From: Diplonema japonicum
Taxonomy: Eukaryota > Protista > Euglenozoa: Diplonemea
Reading direction: 5' to 3'
DNA: 64,000 nucleotides
Assembly (NCBI GenBank): GCA_964019335.1
Contig: OZ025676.1
Span: 248,001-312,000 of the forward strand
The notes under the pieces were generated by a model. It was not told where the DNA came from. It saw nothing but the letters and a program-made list of their open reading frames with translations, and did no database searches. Positions 32,829-44,538 of this stretch are shown piece after piece (positions within the stretch are counted from its first letter, which is position 1; every line of letters starts with the position of its first letter). The translations under genes and the position numbers were made by a program.

Positions 32829-34934
32829 TCAGGCCACAGAGAACAAAGGGAGACAGCAGGTGTTGTCGCTGCTTATAATCGGTGTGAGGTACATAACTGT
32901 GACCCAGTTGTCGGCGTAAGCGTAGGTGTCGAGGCTTCTGTTCACGTCTTCAATATGGTCCGCAGGCTTGAGGAAATCGGTGTGTGAGAAGACACGTTCC
33001 AGGAACCTCTCAGCGTCAAGGATGGAGAGGAGGTGGGCTTTCTTTTGACGGCGATAATCCTCACCCGAGACCAGTACAGCTAGTGTGTCGTTAATCCATT
33101 CGCCGACTTTCTTCCTGCTGACGATCAGAATATCCGGGTTCTTGCTAGCGAAGGCAGTCTCCCGTCCCGCATCCGCCATCATTTCATACAGTGCTCTGTA
33201 CTTGTCTAACAGCAGCGACTGAACAAACTGTGTGAACGAAGTGTGACTCCTCGCTTTGGTCCCTAGAAGTGCCTTCAGGCTTACCATAGTGTCATTGCAC
33301 CCACGCAATTTGCTGAGAAGAACCTTCGCTTTGAGCAGCAGTTCGGGTTTGTGATTGCATATCTTTTCGATCAGCTGCCATACTGTTTTCCTGGCGACTC
33401 GCCCGTTCATGTTGCTTCCTACGAAAAAATCGCGTATGTTTTGTACCACGTTCTGCAGACGTATCGAGAGCACTGGGTACCCGTCTGCCGCCATCGCCAA
33501 CGCTTTGCAGTAAGGGTCGCAAGGGTACTGATCCGAGCAGCAAAGCAGTGTATACCCATACTGCACGGCCTCCTCTCCTGTGTACCGCATGCACAGGTAG
33601 CGGTGCACTAAGATGTCAAAGGGGACCCTTACCTCCCACATGCGGTGCTGTCCTGATATCTCCGCGCCGATGCTGAACAGCGCGTCCAGGCAGTTCCGTA
33701 CAAACAGCGATGCCTCGGATTGACTCTGTCGTGCGATTGTGATTTCTTCTTTACTCGTTTTCAAGTATGCCGGGACTTCCTCTCCATCGCCAAATGTACG
33801 CATGCTGAATTTCTTTTTCTCCGCAGGGGCCACTGTTTGTGGGTTGTTGTCATGCGCGATTATGTCCTGTAAACGCGCTATTTCGGCAGCCTGCAACTTC
33901 GTTTGCAGACCCAAACTCGATATTCTTTCCGTGTCCGTGGTGTCGTCACCCTTTGAAACGAGGGATGCGTTGAACTTTGCTGTGAGGGTTTTGTTCTCGT
34001 CTCTGGTTTCCATCAGGCGGTGCGTGCAGGTTTTTAACTCCTCGCGAAACAGGGCAGCTTGCCTGTGTATGTTCCTTGCTGCTTCGTGTTGGTCGGCCAT
34101 TTGTGCTTTGTATCGTGTGTGGGTGTCTTCCAGTTCATCGTTGGCGGCTGAGATCTTCTCGAGGAGCTTCTGCTTCTCCTCAGCGAGGGAGAGGTTCTTG
34201 CTGCGGAGGTCGTCGACGTCACCGGAGTTCGTGTTTTTTTGTTTTTCGTTGACGAGCTCTCTTGCCGTCCATGAGAGGCATTCTTGTAGGCGGGTGATCT
34301 CTGTTCTTGCATCTTCGAGCTGCGAGTAGCCGTGGGCAAAATCTTGTTTCATGCCTTCGAACTCTCGCTGCGCTTTTTCTATGGTTGCAAACGCACGGGT
34401 CTTGACACCCTCTCTCCAATCGGCTTCTCGTTTGCTGCTTTTGACCAGATCGTTAACAACAATCTGCATTTGTGCGGCCTTCTCGCCGTAGTCATCGGAA
34501 AAGTCGAAGATTGGCGGCTCCCTACCGCGCTTCTTCCAAACGGATCGGAAGAAAGAATGAAGCTTCAGCAGAATCCCGGTCAGCACCGGTGCGATTTCGG
34601 TGAGCCTTGCCAAAGCAAGTAGGTGCGACTCGTAACAATCCAGGACCAATGATTGTTCGATGTCACGGAGGTGCAGCAGGACCGGTTTGCCACACACGGC
34701 GATCTCTGGTTGTGGTGCCAAGTTGGTCAGCTGTGCTATTTTCAGCCCCGGTTTAATTGCTGCGCGCCTCAGCCTTTCCCCTGTGCTGCTTGCGGAAGTG
34801 ACTCTCTCCCTTTTGAACTCAATGCCTTGTGTCAGTCTTTGACTACCTGCACTTGTAATGGTCCTTTCCCATTTGTACCTTACTAAGCTACTATTGTCTT
34901 CGTGGGCTTTGGGCGGTTTTGGTGTATTCGTCAT
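32829..34934 (-). CDS. Coiled-coil protein, TSNAXIP1-like C-terminal region
   Basis: Long heptad-rich region, then FGDGEEVPAYLK...YLCMRY...QYGYTLL..SDQYPCDPYC, resembling translin-associated factor X-interacting protein family motifs. Confidence 0.55.
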   Translation of the reverse strand: MTNTPKPPKAHEDNSSLVRYKWERTITSAGSQRLTQGIEFKRERVTSASSTGERLRRAAIKPGLKIAQLTNLAPQPEIAVCGKPVLLHLRDIEQSLVLDCYESHLLALARLTEIAPVLTGILLKLHSFFRSVWKKRGREPPIFDFSDDYGEKAAQMQIVVNDLVKSSKREADWREGVKTRAFATIEKAQREFEGMKQDFAHGYSQLEDARTEITRLQECLSWTARELVNEKQKNTNSGDVDDLRSKNLSLAEEKQKLLEKISAANDELEDTHTRYKAQMADQHEAARNIHRQAALFREELKTCTHRLMETRDENKTLTAKFNASLVSKGDDTTDTERISSLGLQTKLQAAEIARLQDIIAHDNNPQTVAPAEKKKFSMRTFGDGEEVPAYLKTSKEEITIARQSQSEASLFVRNCLDALFSIGAEISGQHRMWEVRVPFDILVHRYLCMRYTGEEAVQYGYTLLCCSDQYPCDPYCKALAMAADGYPVLSIRLQNVVQNIRDFFVGSNMNGRVARKTVWQLIEKICNHKPELLLKAKVLLSKLRGCNDTMVSLKALLGTKARSHTSFTQFVQSLLLDKYRALYEMMADAGRETAFASKNPDILIVSRKKVGEWINDTLAVLVSGEDYRRQKKAHLLSILDAERFLERVFSHTDFLKPADHIEDVNRSLDTYAYADNWVTVMYLTPIISSDNTCCLPLFSVA

Positions 34935-35366
34935 ATGAACACCTCCATTGCTTTTTTCCCGCTTTTTTTTTTCTTCTTTTTTTTTCTTCTTCTTTTTTTT
35001 GAGTGGGATCGAAAGAAGAAAGACTGAAAAAAAAAAAAAAAAAAAAAACACCGTTTTGTTTTTTTTTCCCCCACAGTATGTGAAGGTCAAGGTGATCGTT
35101 GAAGATATATGTCTCCCCCTTTTGTTTTGTTTAGACAAATTCTTGTTCTTCCAGAAGAGGAAAGGGGGGGGGGGGGCATTTCAATGAGAGCAGCAGCGGG
35201 TACAGGGGAAGGAATAAAAGAAGACGAGAAAAAAAAAATACCTTTACAAACAGATTAACGATTTGTCTTGGTTAACCTTTTGCAAGCTTGTTTTCATTCC
35301 TGCTCTCTCTCTTGAAATGTCCCCTTTTTTTGCGATAAAAAAAAAAGGAAAAAGAAAAAAAAAAAA

Positions 35367-35772
35367 ATATATATATATATATGAGTTAAAGGAGGCCGGT
35401 GGGCGGCGCCCTGCACAAGAACTGTCTACTTGATTACAGGGGCGCACCGCGGCCGAGAAAAAAGAAACTCGATTAACGTCAAGGTGACACAAGTCCACCA
35501 GCGCTCAGTCCAAGTGTACCATAAAGTAACAATAGGGTGTTTGTAGCCCAATGACACGTTGGAGTGAACTTCTAACCTGTGGTTTGCCGAAGCCAGATGC
35601 GATCCATTGTTACCCTGTTTGTGCCAAAGTGATGGTTGCTCGCCGCATGGTTCGCCTTATTTTTATCTCTCCGCCGAGCATCACCCTGACACAGATTTCC
35701 CTGAAATGACTCGCTTAAAGGGAGGTGTCGTTACGCACCTAGACCCGGCCAAAGGCCTTGCTGCCCCATTGA
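35367..35772 (-). repeat. Interspersed ~400-bp element: body shared with 43985-44270 plus the CCTTTAACTCATATAT tail
   Basis: Collinear blocks TTAACGTCAAG, CCAAGTGTAC, TCTCTCCGCCGAGCA, AAATGACTCGCTTAA and TTGCTGCCCCAT occur in both copies. Confidence 0.7.
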
Positions 35773-36100
35773 AAAAAAAAAAACAACAACATATGATAGG
35801 AACGAAGTGGTTAGCAACGGCCCACCGAAAAAAAAAAAAAAAAAAAAAAAAAAACCTACAGTTATTTCTATATTTCTTCTTTCCCATTTCCTATTTTTTT
35901 TTTTTTTTTTCGTTTGTTTTTTTTTAAACACGCGTTTACGCACCATGATGACTGCCCACTGTATGGAATCAGTAGGACGTTTTTCTTTCTTTTTTTTTTT
36001 TCTCTTTTTCTTTTCTTCCCGACTGAAAAATGGGGAGGGGGACACGAACAGCTGGTGCTGAGATTTTTTTTTTTTTGAAACATTCTTTACGATTTTCAAT

Positions 36101-36151
<51 letters not shown>

Positions 36152-36156
<5 letters not shown>

Positions 36157-36964
36157 TTTATTAAGTGAAAATAAGATAGCATTATTTCACGCGTGGTGGC
36201 AGGGGGTTTAACGAGTAGGGATCTTAGTTCACGAGCGAAGCGAGTGAACTAAAAAGCCACGAGTTAAACCTGCCACCACAAGTAGAATAATGCTCTTATT
36301 TTCACTAATAGGTTGTTTTATTTAACAAGAGCCGGGTTTGAAAGGGTGGGAGGTTACAGGGTTACAACAGGTGAAAAGTGGGATTTGGGTTACAGAGTGT
36401 CGTCGCTAAATTTCAGTTGTGCGACTCTTTGTCCTCATCCCGCTTGCAAACATGCAAGCTGCATATGCCTCACCCCTAAAGCGCTTCAAAAGAATGTGCA
36501 ACCCTGGGAAAGCTCTGCATTTTTTACCAAAGTTTCGTTGGATGATGGCGTTGATCTTGCTGTAACTTGCTCAAATTGTCCTTCATATCTTGGAAATACT
36601 ATACTAACTCGTCTTCCGTCAGGCTTTTCGATCTTGTTGTTCTGAAGTTGTGAAAAGGGCAAAAGCGGTGCCACTCTGCTTCGTAAGTGCTGGTGCTTTT
36701 CATGGCAAGCTGGCGTTCATGATCTTCGACGCCTCTGCCTTTGTACCCTTCACCTTTTTGCCCATTGCCTTCGGCTTCCGTCCCATCGTAAAAATAGGTG
36801 AAATTAGGCCCAGGAGTGAAATAATGTTATTTCACGCTCGAACATTATTTCACTCCTGGGCCTAATTCAAAATAAACTGGGAGTGAAAATAAAGCTGGGA
36901 GTGACATAATGTAAAATCTTATTTTCACTCCCACCCTTGAAAACCCGGCTCGAGTTATATAAAA
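36152..36964 (-). mobile_element. Non-autonomous tyrosine-recombinase (Crypton-like) element 1
   Basis: ~160-bp terminal hairpin centred on GCGAAGC; inverted repeats 36316-36352 / 36928-36964. Degenerate ORF from ATG 36786: ...SLP*KSTSTYEAEWHRF...LTEDELV*YFQDM...YSKIN...GMRTK(E)VAQLKFSD (integrase-like N-part and catalytic Arg box, needing frameshifts). Confidence 0.72.
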
Positions 36965-36991
36965 ATAAAATAAAAAAAAAAAATAATAAAA

Positions 36992-38125
36992 CTAAAACTC
37001 AAGCTCAGGGCAGCCAAGCTTGGAAGGGTCGGACGATCCAAAGGAGCTCCTAAACCCCGAGCAAATGTCATCCTTCAGCATAGGGGAAGGATAGCCTATA
37101 CCTTCAATGGCATTGAATAGACAAGTAACGGAGCAGTTCCCAGCAAGAGGGTACGAGGCCTCACATTCATCCCAGCACGAAGGACGCTGCTGGCGAACTG
37201 ATTTAATAACGTTGTTTGACACGCAAGTGGAGTTGACTTTACGGGGCATGGAGAGCTTTCTCCACCAGCAGTCTTCTCCAATCTTTTGATCTCCCTTGCA
37301 CTCCCCTTGTTCTTGAGTGGAGTACCAAGTCCCGTTCAATTGTGCAGAGACCCTGTTGACACGGCCTATCCACAACGAGCCGGTCCCGTTAAGACCGTGG
37401 TCTTGCTTGGCCACAGACCATTGACCTTCGCTGGGTACCAATTGGAAGTTCGTTCCAACGGTGCACATTGAAGATGAATCGTTGTACGTGATCCCAGAAC
37501 ACCCAGGAAGACTGTCACATTTTGCGCAGCATGACGCAGCATCTGTCACACCATGGAACATGGCCCCCTCAGGGAACTGCAGCGTCATGTTCGCAAAGGA
37601 AGGGTACTTATTAGTGCAGACTGAAGGAAGCCCGGGTTGTTGAGGCGCTCCCCATGAGCACAGCGGGCAGTACTCTGCTCCCACGCTTTGGTTCATCACA
37701 GCAGGGCACAAGCATTCTTGCATGGAGCATAACCCGGAAAAATTGTTCACCCACACTGGATCGTCGTACCAACATTTATGGGAGTGGAAGACGACGGAGC
37801 TGCTCTCGCATGCGAAGATACCTGTGTCCGGGTTTGGGTTGCACAGAGCGTAGGCGCCGAGCCTTGCGTCGTGTTCCACCTTGTACTCCTCGTAGTCGTT
37901 GAATCCTGGGATGTTCAGGATGGGGACGTTCTTGCAGTTCAGCTCGTTCGGGTTGTCTTTACACCAGAATGGGAACGTCAGCTCCATGAGCCCGAAGGTG
38001 CAGTCGCCGTTCACGTCGCCAGTGTTCATGTTCAGAATCGTGTCCGAATAGTTCTTCGGCGTGACGCGGTACACAGTGCTCACCACCGTTGACGCTGCCG
38101 CCATCGCTGCGAAAATTTGCAACAT
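36992..38125 (-). CDS. Secreted Cys-rich protein with PAN/apple-like module
   Basis: N-terminal signal peptide; DAASCCAKCDSLPGCSGITY....CT; many Cys. Confidence 0.75.
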   Translation of the reverse strand: MLQIFAAMAAASTVVSTVYRVTPKNYSDTILNMNTGDVNGDCTFGLMELTFPFWCKDNPNELNCKNVPILNIPGFNDYEEYKVEHDARLGAYALCNPNPDTGIFACESSSVVFHSHKCWYDDPVWVNNFSGLCSMQECLCPAVMNQSVGAEYCPLCSWGAPQQPGLPSVCTNKYPSFANMTLQFPEGAMFHGVTDAASCCAKCDSLPGCSGITYNDSSSMCTVGTNFQLVPSEGQWSVAKQDHGLNGTGSLWIGRVNRVSAQLNGTWYSTQEQGECKGDQKIGEDCWWRKLSMPRKVNSTCVSNNVIKSVRQQRPSCWDECEASYPLAGNCSVTCLFNAIEGIGYPSPMLKDDICSGFRSSFGSSDPSKLGCPELEF

Positions 38126-38439
38126 TTGTTTTTTTTTTTTTCCCCGTTCCTTTTTTTTTTTTTTTTTTCCTTTTCCCCCTTTTTTTCTTCTTTTTATGTG
38201 GTTTCCCCCTCACGAAACCACTTCGAGAAAAGGGAGAAAATAAAAAAAAAAATAAGAGAGGGAAGGAAAGAGAGAGTGAGAGGGAGAGAGAAGAACAACA
38301 GAAATGCGCGCGCGCGTGTGTGTGTGGCGGAGAGGGATTCGATACGTGGGAATAGAAAAGAAAAAAAAAAAAAAAACAGCATTATTTAATAAAAAAAAAC
38401 TAATAATACGGTATAAGAAAAAAAAAAAAAAAAAGAAAA

Positions 38440-40146
38440 TCACTGCGCGATCTGTGGCATAAGCGGGTTGCATTTATCAATGTCGGGTTTGGTAGAGGAC
38501 TCGAGAGAGTGCAGACGGGGAACAAGGGAGGGGTCGGGCAATATCCAGTCCGAATGCCAATCAGTAAGACAGGGTCCTGACGGGCTATGGATGGTGTAGT
38601 AAGGCGTAGAGTCAGTGAAACGCCGAGAGTGGATCAAAGCACCGGAAACAACTCCGGTGGAAGTTTGAGCAGACACTATGTCGCCCTGTTCGTAAAGAAA
38701 GGTCCCGTCTACTATACGGGAGGAAAGAATGGGGTGGGAATGTGGAAGCGGTGGGACAGGATCCTCTATCTCTTCCTGCTTCATCAATCTTTGCATGATG
38801 CACACGGCCATCCCGTCTCCCAGCACGTTCACAGCAGTACGCACACGGTCTAAAAACCAATCAACAACCAATATAAACGCGATATCCTCAGCATATTCTT
38901 CCAAATCAACAGCTTGCAACACCATGACAAGCGTTACCAGCCCTGCAGAAGGGATGGCCGCTGCTCCCATTGCGGCAAGGCTTCCAGTCACCGCTACGAT
39001 AACCATTTTCGCGACTGACATTTCGACACCGTGCAGCTGCGCGATGAATATAGCGCACACCGCCTCGTACATAGCAGTCCCGTCCATGTTCACAGTGGCA
39101 CCCAACACCAGAACAAAGTTTGCAAGATCTGGACGAATACCTTTCTCAACTGCGCATGTTACCGTTACAGGAAGCGTTGCAGCAGAGGAAGAAATGGCAA
39201 GTGCGGTGAGGAGCGACCGCGAGAACTTTCTGAAGAACTCCAGAGGACTCTCCTTCGCCAGCAATTTGTACACCAACGGAAGCCACACAAACCCGTGCAG
39301 AAGAAGCCCGAGCAACACAGTCCCAATGAACTTCCCCAAAGCTGAAAACATATCCACCACATTACACGCTGCAGTGATCTTCGCAGCGATAAGGCTGAAT
39401 ATACATATCGGTGACACTTTCAGAACCTGGTTCACGATTTTGGTAATGGCCGTGTTGAAGCCGGTAACGGCTTTTTCGGCGCCCGATAATGGCTGCGTGC
39501 CCGTGTTCACAGGGAGGGCGGCCGCAAGTGCGATCGCAAAGGTGATCAAACCGAGGATATTATTCTCAGCGGCTGCCTTGAAAAGATTCGTCGGGACTGC
39601 ACTGTACAAGACCTTCGTGAAGCTATCGACTATCGTCTTGTCCTTTTCTTTTTCAGATGTACTTTCTATCTCGCTTTTAGAAGAATTCACCATAACACAC
39701 TGCCAGCGATCGCTGTCACTGTTGTCCTCTGCTTGAAGCGACACCGATCCCCCGGGACGGATGATGGACACTAGAACCAGGCCTGTTGCAATGGCAATGC
39801 AGTATGTCAGGAGGTACAGCAGCAGGGTGCGTTTAGCAAGGCTTTTCACTTCTTCGCCGCTTCCCATTCGTCTTAAGCTCATGATGCCGCCCATGATGCT
39901 CCCTGTTACCAATGGGAGAACGAGCAGTTTTAGCATCCTCAGAAACAGGTTCCCAGGTATGGCCAGAATTTCGTTCGTCCAACGGGGCATGTGTGCGGGG
40001 ATCAGTGCCATGCCTATCGAAACGCCACCCACCACAGCAGCGACTGTCCACCATAGCAACATGTCTTTCTGACATGCTGTCTTCACCCTACCCGGCAGCC
40101 ATCTGGCGGTGAAGCTTTCGTCATCAAGTGTATCGTCGTTAATCAT
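38440..40146 (-). CDS. SLC1/DAACS dicarboxylate-amino acid:cation symporter
   Basis: PGNLFLRMLKLLVLPL, ISSSAATLPVT, LGATVNMDGTAMYE, GAAAIPSAGLVT, DWFLDRVRTAVNVLGD. Confidence 0.95.
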   Translation of the reverse strand: MINDDTLDDESFTARWLPGRVKTACQKDMLLWWTVAAVVGGVSIGMALIPAHMPRWTNEILAIPGNLFLRMLKLLVLPLVTGSIMGGIMSLRRMGSGEEVKSLAKRTLLLYLLTYCIAIATGLVLVSIIRPGGSVSLQAEDNSDSDRWQCVMVNSSKSEIESTSEKEKDKTIVDSFTKVLYSAVPTNLFKAAAENNILGLITFAIALAAALPVNTGTQPLSGAEKAVTGFNTAITKIVNQVLKVSPICIFSLIAAKITAACNVVDMFSALGKFIGTVLLGLLLHGFVWLPLVYKLLAKESPLEFFRKFSRSLLTALAISSSAATLPVTVTCAVEKGIRPDLANFVLVLGATVNMDGTAMYEAVCAIFIAQLHGVEMSVAKMVIVAVTGSLAAMGAAAIPSAGLVTLVMVLQAVDLEEYAEDIAFILVVDWFLDRVRTAVNVLGDGMAVCIMQRLMKQEEIEDPVPPLPHSHPILSSRIVDGTFLYEQGDIVSAQTSTGVVSGALIHSRRFTDSTPYYTIHSPSGPCLTDWHSDWILPDPSLVPRLHSLESSTKPDIDKCNPLMPQIAQ

Positions 40147-40284
40147 ATTTCTTTTTTAAAAATTATCTACAAAAAACTGTGTGTGTGAGTTCTTTTTTTT
40201 TTTTCCTTTTAAAGAGCAGTTAAATAAATATGAAGGAGATGGGGAGAGTAAGGAAAAAAGAGGTTAGTGAAGGATTCGTTCTGG

Positions 40285-40310
<26 letters not shown>

Positions 40311-40326
<16 letters not shown>

Positions 40327-40643
40327 GAGTTAAAGGAGGCCGGTGTTGGCGGCGCCCTGCACAAGAACTGTCTACTTGATTACAGGGGGCGCGTCGCGGC
40401 CGAGTTGTAGCTTCTTCTGCGTTCCGCGTCGTGTCCTTAATGCGTGCGGTGTACAGCTCAACCCCAGCCGGGGCGTCCCAGGTAACCAAGATTTGGCACT
40501 TGTGCAGTTTGCTGCCTGTTCGTCACCCTGAGCATCTGCGTTACGTTCTTCCACTCGGGCGCTACCGGTGATGACCGACGAGGAGGTCAACAGCGAACAA
40601 CACATCTGATGTTTTTCTTATATTTTCATGTTATCCCCACCAC

Positions 40644-40645
<2 letters not shown>
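40311..40645 (-). repeat. SINE-like element copy A (~335 bp)
   Basis: Near-identical to 41347-41675; ends CCTTTAACTC(AT)n. Confidence 0.85.
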
Positions 40646-40683
<38 letters not shown>

Positions 40684-40731
40684 AGGCAAACAGAAGTAGT
40701 GTAAAGAAGAGAGAAATAAGAGAGATTAAAA

Positions 40732-41343
40732 AATAGCTATTTACTGCCAACAAGTAATGACTTTACCGTTACCTCGAGGTTCCGCATTTTACCGTGGTAA
40801 ATGCGGAACCGTCGGTAAAGCATTACTTGGCGGTAGGTAAGTGGTTTTATTTCACGACACTCTGAAATTACTTCACCACGAGGGGCACAACAGGGTGACA
40901 AGGGGTACAACAAGAGAGGGGTTACAAAGGTTACAATACAAGTTCTTTTCCCTCCTTTTGTTGACTAAGAGCTGCCGCTGTCGCTGGCATTGCCACTGTC
41001 ACCATCTCTAATCAGGCCTTCCCATACCTAGCGCGGCCGCTGGCTCCTTTTTTTCTGCTGCTTCGGTATTTTGAAGTCTTTTGGGGAGCTTGGGTAAGCT
41101 GACTAAGTTACCCTTACCCACAGACAGGGAACAAGGCCTAGCCAAAAGTGGGCAAATTGGGAGGAAAAAGTAGCCCCACTGGGAACCGAACCGAGGCAAA
41201 AATTGGCCTACCGAGGCATATTATTTAACAGAAACCCCCTATTACTTCACGGAAAACAGGCCATTATTTCACCGTGAAGTAATGAGATTTAGCGTGAATG
41301 GGCCCCCCAGTGCGTGAAGTAATTTCTGAAGAGTGAAATAAAA
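40732..41343 (-). mobile_element. Hairpin/inverted-repeat element 2 (same architecture as the YR elements, no clear ORF)
   Basis: Starts AATAGCTATT; hairpin GGTTCCGCATTTTACC/GGTAAATGCGGAACC; IR TTTTATTTCAC..GAAATTACTTCAC / GTGAAGTAATTTC..GTGAAATAAAA. Confidence 0.65.
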
Positions 41344-41346
41344 ATA

Positions 41347-41675
41347 ATATATATATGAGTTAAAGGAGGCCGGTGTTGGCGGCGCCCTGCACAAGAACTG
41401 TCTACTTGATTACAGGGGGCGCACCGCGGCCGAGTTGTAGCTTCTTCTGCGTTCCGCGTCGTGTCCTTAATGCGTGCGGTGTACAGCTCAACCCCAGCCG
41501 GGGCGTCCCGGGTAACCAAGATTCTGCGCTCGTGCAGTTTGCTGCCTGTTCGTCACCCTGAGCATCTGCATTATGTTCTTCCACTCGGGCGCTACCGGTG
41601 ATGACCGACGAGGAGGTCAACAGCGAACAACACATCTGATGTTTTTCTTATATTTTCATGTTATCCCCACCACCT
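41347..41675 (-). repeat. SINE-like element copy B
   Basis: Near-identical to 40311-40645. Confidence 0.85.
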
Positions 41676-41677
41676 GG

Positions 41678-41717
<40 letters not shown>

Positions 41718-43020
41718 ACACACGTTTTCCCGACGGGACAAAATAAAAAAAATTAGAGTTACACAAAACAATGTTTCACTGACAAAAAAAAAAACTTTTC
41801 TTCCCCTGAACTTTAGCCTTTTTTTCTTTCTTTTTTTTCTTTTTTTCTTTTCTTTTTTTTTTCCCCCTCGTTTTTCTCTCTCTTTTTTTTTTTTGACTAG
41901 ATTAGGCAATTCGTGTCATCTGTGATTTTAAAAAAGGTCTTTTAAGATGCTTTAATAACCTACTTACACCCAAGAAAAGAATTGTCTCGAGCCAACGTGC
42001 CACTATTTTGCTTGATTAATAGTGACCTGGGAAGGAGTGCGTGGCTGGGAAAAAAAATAACAAATTTCACACATCCAGAAAAGGTGTGGTAAGCTCTGTC
42101 TAATTAAAAAGAACAGCTATTGAACTACTGTAAAACGCATAATGACGGACTGAAAAACTCCAGGACACCAAAAAAAACCCTGACATTTTCCTGTCTGTTT
42201 TTCGTTTTACAGTATTCAAAAAAAAAAAAAAAAAAAACAATGCGTTAAAAAAAAGATTCAAAAAAAAATTCATGACCGGAAACGAAGCGGTTAAACAGCC
42301 CACAAAAAAAAAAAGGAAGGTTCATAACGCTATTTGTGATCAGCAAAATTCCACCATAAAATGAAACACCCCCCCCCCCATCCTTCAGATGTTCTTCTTT
42401 ACTTTTTTTTTCGCCCTCTTTTTTTTTTTTTTTGTATTGTATCGAAGCATAAAGGTAGAGGGTAAAAAAAAAAAAGAAAAGAAAAAAAAAAGAAAGAGCG
42501 TGGTAAAACACGATTTCTTTTTCCACGAATTCCCGGTTAAACACCAACTGTTGGATGCAACTCGGTAACCTCACACTACACCAAACACAAACTGTTAAGT
42601 TCTTCCTTCTTTTTTTTCTTTCCCCCCCTTTTCTCATTTTCTTTTTTGAAATAGCATTACTGCTGCTATAAGGAAAATAGGGTTCGATTCCGGCTCGGTG
42701 GCGTTCCACCACTCCGTTTCCTTACAATGCAGCATAAATTGCATATTGTTATAAAACCATTTTTTTTATGAATAGAAATATTTGTAACAAAAAATAGCTC
42801 TGTATGACCATATGTCTCTAAGATAAATGTAATATGTGTGTTAAAAAAAAAAAAAAAAAAAAAAAACGGATATACAAGAGCTAAAGGCCCGTCTCAAATA
42901 CAAGGCGCACCTCGGCCGAGTTGTAACTTTCTAAAGAAACGAAAGAAAATAAAATAAAAGGAAAAAGTGTACCGTTCCACGTAATTAAAGGCCGCGTGTA
43001 CCCTGTCGATATGGCTGTTG

Positions 43021-43533
43021 CTACATCCCTGCATCGTCCGCTTTCCAAGCAACGATCAGCTCAAGCAGCTCCTGCTGTCGGCAAGTGCACTCATCAAAAC
43101 ACAGGAAATCCTTTGCCAACTCCCTGAGGGTTGTGAGAATGTAATCGTCCCCAGAGCGCCCAACATCTTCCCGCCAAGCCTCAACGTCCGCCTCAGAAGG
43201 TACGAAGGCCACTTCGTTTGTCTTAATGTTCCATTCAAAACAAGGAAAGGGGAAGTCATCTGAACGCAGATGCTGTATTTTGGTGTCGAAGCTGATGTGA
43301 CACTCAGGGGTGCTCTTACTTCCCTTCACGACCAAGGTCAGCATGTCAGCCGAGCCTGTTGATTGAAGCTCAGTGCAGGGGCGGCGGGTGCCATCCAGAA
43401 AACCGGAACCTCTGAACCTACCCGGCGAAGGTGGTGGGAACGGGGGGGTCTTCACGGCTTCGTTGCTATCGGCACCATTGTTGCGAACTTCTTCGAACAA
43501 TGTCGACACCTCAGGTTTCGGAACGGAGCTCAT
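43021..43533 (-). CDS. Hypothetical protein (170 aa), paralogue of 48399-48914
   Basis: Intact ORF after an A-rich leader; near-identical duplicate ~5.4 kb away. Confidence 0.65.
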   Translation of the reverse strand: MSSVPKPEVSTLFEEVRNNGADSNEAVKTPPFPPPSPGRFRGSGFLDGTRRPCTELQSTGSADMLTLVVKGSKSTPECHISFDTKIQHLRSDDFPFPCFEWNIKTNEVAFVPSEADVEAWREDVGRSGDDYILTTLRELAKDFLCFDECTCRQQELLELIVAWKADDAGM

Positions 43534-43984
43534 AATTCTTTTTACTTTTTTCTCTTTTTGTGTATCTTCCTTTTTTTATTTTTTATTATTTACTACTCTT
43601 TCCTACTACATTTCGTTCCCACGGTAGCGGCTGTGTGTTGACGTCCTCCTTCTGCATGAGCTCCACGTCCCGCTTCTCAACCACCACGGCCAAGTATCGT
43701 TGCAGTTTTTCCAGGTATGCAAAGGCATGTCCTCTCGGCAGTATTGCGTGTAGCTCAAGACACAGGGGCCATCCCGTCCTGTCGCGCAGCGGTTCCAAAA
43801 AAAAAAAAAAAAGAAAGAAATAAGAGAATAAAGGGAGGAGGAAAAAAAAAAGGAGAAGCAAACAGAAATAGTCGGCGGTGTAATGAGAGATTAAAGGTTC
43901 TTAACATGCTTTTAAAAACGCACTTGCCCAGCCATGTTGACTAATTCGGCCAGAGAGAACTGGCCAGCCAAAGAAAAATTGATT

Positions 43985-44360
43985 TTTTAACGTCAAGTTG
44001 ACAAATCGAACAACGCTCCAAGTGTACTATAAAGCACAAGGGGTGGGGGTGTCAGTCAACGCCACATTGGAGTGGGTTCTAACCTGTACGGCAGCCTGGT
44101 CCCCGTTTCCTCGGGGGTAGAAGCCAAATGCGATGTTATCCCTGTTTTGAAAGGTCTGTTTGGTCCATGGTTTGCCTTATTCTTGTCTCTCCGCCGAGCA
44201 CCGTCACCTGGACACTTCAAATGACTCGCTTAAGCTAGACGGCCAAAGGTCTTGCTGCCCCATCGAAAAAGAATTACACACGTTTTTCCGACGGAACACC
44301 AAAAAAAAAAAAAAAAAAAAAAAAAAATTGGATTTCCACCAAACAATGTTTCACTGTGTG
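43985..44360 (-). repeat. Second copy of the 35.4-35.8 kb repeat body; the distal part also matches 41716-41781
   Basis: Shared blocks as above. TACACACGTTTT.CCGACGG and AAACAATGTTTCACTG are shared with 41.7 kb. Confidence 0.65.
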
Positions 44361-44538
44361 AAAGGAGAAGAAAAGAAGAAAAAAATATGAGTATTAAAAA
44401 AAAAAAAAAAAAGGAGGCGGTGTTGGCGGTGCCCTTTTTTAAAAAAGAAAAAAAGAGATTATCTACCCCTTTCCCTTCTGGTGCCTCGGCCTTTCTTTCT
44501 TTTTGCTCTCTCTCTTTTTCTTTCTTTTTTTTGTTTAA

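Noticed and set aside
36350-36395. GGGTTACA repeats as interstitial telomere (also ~40900-40940)
   Set aside because: Only 2-4 imperfect units, and they lie inside the hairpin elements.
43586-43796. Coding-like fragment (WPLCLELHAILPRG...)
   Set aside because: No start codon or upstream exon identified; at most a gene remnant.
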